From positions 39,476 to 103,475 of the forward strand of contig JAKFCT010000059.1 in assembly GCA_036676495.1 (NCBI GenBank): a stretch of DNA of 64,000 nucleotides, written 5' to 3'. Below the pieces are notes generated by a model. It ran no database searches, was not told the origin of the DNA, and saw only the letters and a program-made list of their open reading frames with translations. How positions within the stretch are numbered: the stretch's first letter is position 1; every line of letters starts with the position of its first letter. Shown here one piece after another: positions 59,789 to 64,000 of this stretch. Position numbers and translations under genes: made by a program. This DNA comes from Candidatus Sericytochromatia bacterium. GTDB lineage: Bacteria; Cyanobacteriota; Sericytochromatia; S15B-MN24; UBA4093.

Positions 59789-60592
59789 CTAGAACAGGTA
59801 CTTGAGGATGTCGAGCACGTGGCTGTCCGAGATGGTGCGGCCATCGTTGGCGTCGACGATCATCGCGGGCTGGTTGCGGTAGTCGAAGAAGATCCAGACC
59901 GGGCCAAGGAAGTAGACGTCGAGCAGGATGGCCTTGATGGCGCCGTGCGCGGGAGCCTCGAGACCGGCCTTCTTGGCCCGCTGGAAGGCCGCCTTGCCGT
60001 CGAATTCATGGCGATCGCTCGGCTCGCGCAGCAGCTGCCGGATCAGCGACCCGCCGTAGGTCATGGCGAGGTTCTCGGTCTCGGCCTGATCCTTGAGGCT
60101 CCCCCAGAAGCCGTAATCCAGGGTGAGAAGCTTCTTCTTGCTGGGCGACCAGAAGACATGGCGGGAATGCCCCATGAAGGTCATCCACTTGAAGCCCCAG
60201 CCGAGGTAGAGCTGCTCGGCGTCGGAGGCCCATGCCAGGGCCGCCTTCTGGGCCTTGGGCTGGGTCGACTCCGGGGTCGCCATGAGCCCGTAATTGCCTT
60301 CCTCGTCGAGATTCGCCCCCAAGGTCTCCAGGTGCTGGATGACGGGGCCGTGCAGGGCAACCGTGCGGAGATCCGCCTCCAGGCGAGACAGGGGAGTTTC
60401 CACGACGGCCGGGGCCTCAGCGTTCGGCTGGCCGTACGACGGCGATCCGTACGACGGCGAGGTCGCTGGGTCCATCGTCAGCTTCGGCTGGGAGGTGAAT
60501 CCCGGGGTGATCGTCGTGATCGCGGAGCGCTGCCCGCAGCCCGTCGAGACGAGGATCGTGGAGGCCAAGGCGAGGAGTGCGAGCCTGTGCAT
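59789..60592 (-). CDS. Lipoprotein of unknown function (PepSY-like C-terminus)
   Basis: Lipobox STGC; PVW...IVDANDG. Confidence 0.75.
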   Translation of the reverse strand: MHRLALLALASTILVSTGCGQRSAITTITPGFTSQPKLTMDPATSPSYGSPSYGQPNAEAPAVVETPLSRLEADLRTVALHGPVIQHLETLGANLDEEGNYGLMATPESTQPKAQKAALAWASDAEQLYLGWGFKWMTFMGHSRHVFWSPSKKKLLTLDYGFWGSLKDQAETENLAMTYGGSLIRQLLREPSDRHEFDGKAAFQRAKKAGLEAPAHGAIKAILLDVYFLGPVWIFFDYRNQPAMIVDANDGRTISDSHVLDILKYLF

Positions 60593-60640
60593 GGAAGTGC
60601 TCCTTCTGGGTCGCGAGAGTTTAGATCGAAGTTAAGAGGG

Positions 60641-60667
60641 TTATCGGAATCTTAACCTTCGCACTTG
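60641..60667 (-). promoter_or_regulatory. Sigma28-like promoter
   Basis: CAAG-N15-TCCGATAA upstream of the 60592 lipoprotein. Confidence 0.5.
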
Positions 60668-60778
60668 CTCGAAATTCTTGCGACCGGTCTCGAAGCGACG
60701 CGACAGCGGCCGCTTGCGATTCACCAGGATGCCCGTTAGACTCAAAGAGGTGCCACACCTCGCAAGAAAGGGCGTTGC

Positions 60779-61561
60779 ATGTCGTCTCGGGTCCTGATGG
60801 AGCGTGAAGCGAACGTCGTCCACCTCGTCATCGACGGGGATTCGCCGTTGAACATCCTCTCTCGCCAGACACTGGTCGAGTTGAGGCAGGTGCTCATGCG
60901 CCTCACCGAGGAAGCGGATGCGTCGGCCTTGGTGCTCACCGGTTCGGGCTCGCGCGCCTTCAGTGCCGGGGCCAACCTGCGCGAGATTGCCGAGCTGACT
61001 CCCGCGACGGCCCTGGAGTTCTCGCATCTGGGTCAATCGGTCACGAGCCTCTTGGCGGATTTTCCGGCGCCGGTCATCGCAGCCCTGAACGGCCTGGCCT
61101 ACGGGGGTGGGTTGGAGCTGGCGATCGCCTGCGACTTCCGGATCGCCTCCTCCGAGGCCCGGTTCGCGTACCCGTCCAGCAAGCTCGGCATCCTGCCCGG
61201 ATTCGGCGGCACTCAGCGCTGCCCCATGCTCATCGGGCCGTCGCGCAGCAAGGAGCTGATGTTCCTGGGCCGCGTGATCAACGCCGATGAAGCCCTGCAC
61301 TGGGGCCTCGTCAACCTCGTCGTGCCCCCCGAGGAACTGCTCGGCGAGGCGAAGAACTGGGCCGACGAACTGGCCGCGCGCAGCACGTACGCCATCCGTC
61401 AGGTCAAGGAATGCATCGGCATGACCGAGCGGGCGGACTTCTTCTTCGAGCAGGAGGCCTTCGCCAACTGCTTCCGGCGCCCCGACGTCCAGGAGAATAT
61501 CCGCAACTGGCTCGAATCTTCGACATCCGGTCAGGCGAGCACCGCCTCCGAGAAGGCCTAG
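60779..61561 (+). CDS. Enoyl-CoA hydratase (crotonase family)
   Basis: AFSAGANL, AYGGGLELAIACDFR, LGILPGFGGTQR. Confidence 0.92.
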   Translation: MSSRVLMEREANVVHLVIDGDSPLNILSRQTLVELRQVLMRLTEEADASALVLTGSGSRAFSAGANLREIAELTPATALEFSHLGQSVTSLLADFPAPVIAALNGLAYGGGLELAIACDFRIASSEARFAYPSSKLGILPGFGGTQRCPMLIGPSRSKELMFLGRVINADEALHWGLVNLVVPPEELLGEAKNWADELAARSTYAIRQVKECIGMTERADFFFEQEAFANCFRRPDVQENIRNWLESSTSGQASTASEKA

Positions 61562-61872
61562 TGGAGCTCTCCGAATTGACCCGGCGGATGCATGACTTCG
61601 TCCGCTCGAAGGGCTGGTACGAGGCTGATTCCCGCCGCCCCCAGACCCCGCCCAACCTGGCCAAATCGCTCGTCATCGAGGCCGGTGAAGTCCTGGAGCT
61701 CTTCCAGTGGAATGACTCGGCGGATCCGGAGGCACTCGGATCCGAATTGGCCGATGTCTTCCTCTACTTGATCCAGCTGGCGGACGTCTCGGGCATCGAT
61801 CTCGAGGCGGCCACCCTGCGCAAGCTCGCCCTCAATCAGCAGCGCACCTGGGACTCTCCCCCGAACGCTTAG
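61561..61872 (+). CDS. MazG-like nucleotide pyrophosphohydrolase
   Basis: GTG overlaps upstream stop; IEAGEVLELFQW...ELADVFLY. Confidence 0.88.
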   Translation: MELSELTRRMHDFVRSKGWYEADSRRPQTPPNLAKSLVIEAGEVLELFQWNDSADPEALGSELADVFLYLIQLADVSGIDLEAATLRKLALNQQRTWDSPPNA

Positions 61873-62083
61873 CCACGGTCGTTATCCGACCGCTGCCGCC
61901 CCCGACGCGGCGGGCCTATTCGCCCGCGAGCTGCCGTGGTTTAGACCCCTCGCATCCGGGCCAAGTCCCGTGCTGGCGCGGCTGACCCCGGTATGCTACG
62001 ATTTTAACGTTGGGTTAAAGTATCCCTTGAAAGCCATTCGCCGCCGTCGCGCGGCCTCAGATAAGCACGAAGGAAGGACGAAG

Positions 62084-63304
62084 ATGTCGAACCGTCAAGC
62101 GCGAAACGTGATCGTCAGCGCCGTGCGCACGCCATTTGCCAAGATGAGCGGCTCGCTTGCCAGCTTTACCGCCCCCGACCTGGGCGCCATGGTCATCGGG
62201 GAGGCCGTGCGCCGCGCCGGCATCGCCCCCGAAGCGGTGGACAACGTCCTGATGGGCCTCGTCCTGCAGGCCGGCGTCGGCCAGATTCCTTCGCGCCAAG
62301 CGGCCATCAAGGCGGGCCTGCCCCCTCAGACCGCCTCGATGACCCTTAACAAGGTCTGCGCCTCCGGCATGCGCGCCGTGACCCTCGCCGACCAACTCCT
62401 GACCGTCGAGGACGGCGAGATCATCGTCGCCGGCGGCATGGAGTCCATGACCAACGCTCCGTACCTCCTTAAGAAGGCCCGCGGCGGCTACCGCATGGGC
62501 CATGGCGAGCTGATCGACGCCATGATCCACGACGGCCTCTGGTGCGCCTTCCACGACGTCCATATGGGCATCCACGGCTCCACCGTCGCCGCGGAGTTCG
62601 GCATCACCCGCGAGGAGCAGGACGCCTGGTCCGCCCGCAGCCACCAGCTCGCCGACAAGGCCTGGCGCGAGGGCCGCTTCGACCAGGAAGTCATGGCCGT
62701 CGACGTCCCGGTCGGCAAGAAGGAAACCAAGTCCTTCAAGCAGGACGAATCCATCCGTCCCGACACCACGCCCGAGACCCTGGCCAAGCTGCGTCCCGCC
62801 TTCTCGCCCGACGGCACCGTGACCGCGGGCAACGCCCCTGGCGTCAACGACGGTGCCGCCGCGCTGGTCATCATGAGCGAGGCCAAGGCCAACGCGCTCG
62901 GCCTCAAGCCGCTTGCCGCCATCGTGGGGCACGCCAAGGTCGGCGAGCAGCCGCCTTACCTCGCGACCGTTCCCGCGCTCGCCATCCAGAAGGCCCTGAA
63001 GCAGGCCGGTCTCACGGTCAACGACCTCGACCTCCTCGAGATCAACGAGGCCTTCGCCGCGGTCACGCTCACCTCGACCAAGCTCTTGGCCGAAGGGGAC
63101 GAAGGCCGCCTGCAGGCCCTGCGCGAGAAGACCAACGTGAACGGCGGCGCGGTGGCCATGGGCCATCCGATTGGCGCCTCGGGCGCCCGCCTGGTCTCGA
63201 CGCTCGCTTACGAACTCAATCGGCGCGGCGGACGCTACGGCGTGGCGGCCATCTGCTCGGGCGCGGCCCAGGGCGATGCCATCATCCTTGAGCGCCTTAG
63301 CTAG
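62084..63304 (+). CDS. Acetyl-CoA acetyltransferase (thiolase)
   Basis: NKVCASG, AGGMESM, EINEAFA, GHPIGASG, AICSG. Confidence 0.95.
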   Translation: MSNRQARNVIVSAVRTPFAKMSGSLASFTAPDLGAMVIGEAVRRAGIAPEAVDNVLMGLVLQAGVGQIPSRQAAIKAGLPPQTASMTLNKVCASGMRAVTLADQLLTVEDGEIIVAGGMESMTNAPYLLKKARGGYRMGHGELIDAMIHDGLWCAFHDVHMGIHGSTVAAEFGITREEQDAWSARSHQLADKAWREGRFDQEVMAVDVPVGKKETKSFKQDESIRPDTTPETLAKLRPAFSPDGTVTAGNAPGVNDGAAALVIMSEAKANALGLKPLAAIVGHAKVGEQPPYLATVPALAIQKALKQAGLTVNDLDLLEINEAFAAVTLTSTKLLAEGDEGRLQALREKTNVNGGAVAMGHPIGASGARLVSTLAYELNRRGGRYGVAAICSGAAQGDAIILERLS

Positions 63305-63328
63305 TCGTCTCGCAGAAAGGAACCTCGC

Positions 63329-64000
63329 ATGAACCTCAACCTCATCGCCGTCCTGGGTGGCGGGCAAATGGGATCCGGCATCGCTCAGGTCTTCGCCCAG
63401 AGCGGCTTCAAGACGGTCATCTACGACCTCGCCGCCGGCGCCCTGGACAAGTCCAAGGCGGGCATCACCAAGAACCTCGACCGCGCCGTGGAGAAGGGCA
63501 AGCTCGCGGCTGAAGAGCGCGACGCCGTCCTCGGCCGTCTCACCTGGACCTCCAACCTCGCGGACCTCGCGGAATGCGATCTGGTCGTCGAGGCCATCAT
63601 CGAGAAGCTCGAGACCAAGCTCCAGACCTGGAAGCAGCTCGACGAGCTCTGCCGCCCGACCACCATCTTCGCATCCAACACCTCCAGCCTGCCCATCACT
63701 CAGCTGGCCGGCGGCGTCAGCCACCCCGAGCGCTTCATCGGCATGCACTTCATGAACCCCGTGCCGGTGATGCAGCTCGTCGAGATCATCCGGGGCTACA
63801 TGACCTCGGATGCCGTCTACCAGACCATCTTCGACCTCTCGAAGACCCTGGGCAAGGTGCCCGTCACCGTCGAGGATTCGCCGGGCTTCATCTCCAACCG
63901 GATCCTGATGCCGATGATCAACGAGGCCATCTTCTGCCTCTACGAGGGCATCGCGACCAAGGAGGACATCGACACCGTCATGAAGCTCGGGATGAACCAT
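63329..64000 (+). CDS. hbd: 3-hydroxybutyryl-CoA dehydrogenase (3' partial)
   Basis: Translated by hand: MNLNLIAVLGGGQMGSGIAQ...VEAIIE...FASNTSS...GMHFMNPVPVM...PGFISNRIL; runs off window. Confidence 0.92.
   Translation, partial: MNLNLIAVLGGGQMGSGIAQVFAQSGFKTVIYDLAAGALDKSKAGITKNLDRAVEKGKLAAEERDAVLGRLTWTSNLADLAECDLVVEAIIEKLETKLQTWKQLDELCRPTTIFASNTSSLPITQLAGGVSHPERFIGMHFMNPVPVMQLVEIIRGYMTSDAVYQTIFDLSKTLGKVPVTVEDSPGFISNRILMPMINEAIFCLYEGIATKEDIDTVMKLGMNH

Noticed and set aside
60432-60460. 2 x 15-bp repeat in the lipoprotein gene (SPSYG x2)
   Set aside because: Short in-frame duplication in a disordered linker; common and uninformative

Overview
GC-rich (roughly two-thirds G+C by eye) bacterial chromosomal window, densely coding, with no integrase, transposase, prophage or CRISPR array that I can support. 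Housekeeping content: tRNA-Ser(TGA), UvrD/PcrA-type helicase, TrmJ-type methyltransferase, prfC, FKBP PPIase, sucCD, a split methylmalonyl-CoA mutase pathway (biotin carboxylase-BCCP, mutase large subunit, epimerase, distant B12-binding subunit), mutY/mutM, GH57 amylopullulanase, two enoyl-CoA hydratases, thiolase and hbd (partial). Accessory content: a type III PKS with a flavoprotein, MMPL and ABC-2 exporters, a yybP-ykoY (Mn2+) riboswitch on a Na/Ca-exchanger gene, and many lipoproteins. The most interesting unexplained signals are: (1) a 1001-aa signal-less protein with a hydrophobic hairpin and about 13 tandem 44-aa helical repeats; (2) a four-gene orphan winged-helix module with operator-like repeats, twin covarying hairpins and a clamp-binding-like tail; (3) a three-copy structured TAG-bounded intergenic element; (4) a tandem ferritin-like protein ending in an encapsulin-type targeting peptide; (5) a cupredoxin/Tyr-rich lipoprotein operon; (6) recurring TTAA-N7-TTAA-like arrays and sigma28-like promoters. 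The gene mix is compatible with a non-photosynthetic relative of Cyanobacteria (e.g. Sericytochromatia), but that is inference only. All family calls come from motif recognition by eye; no database search was run.
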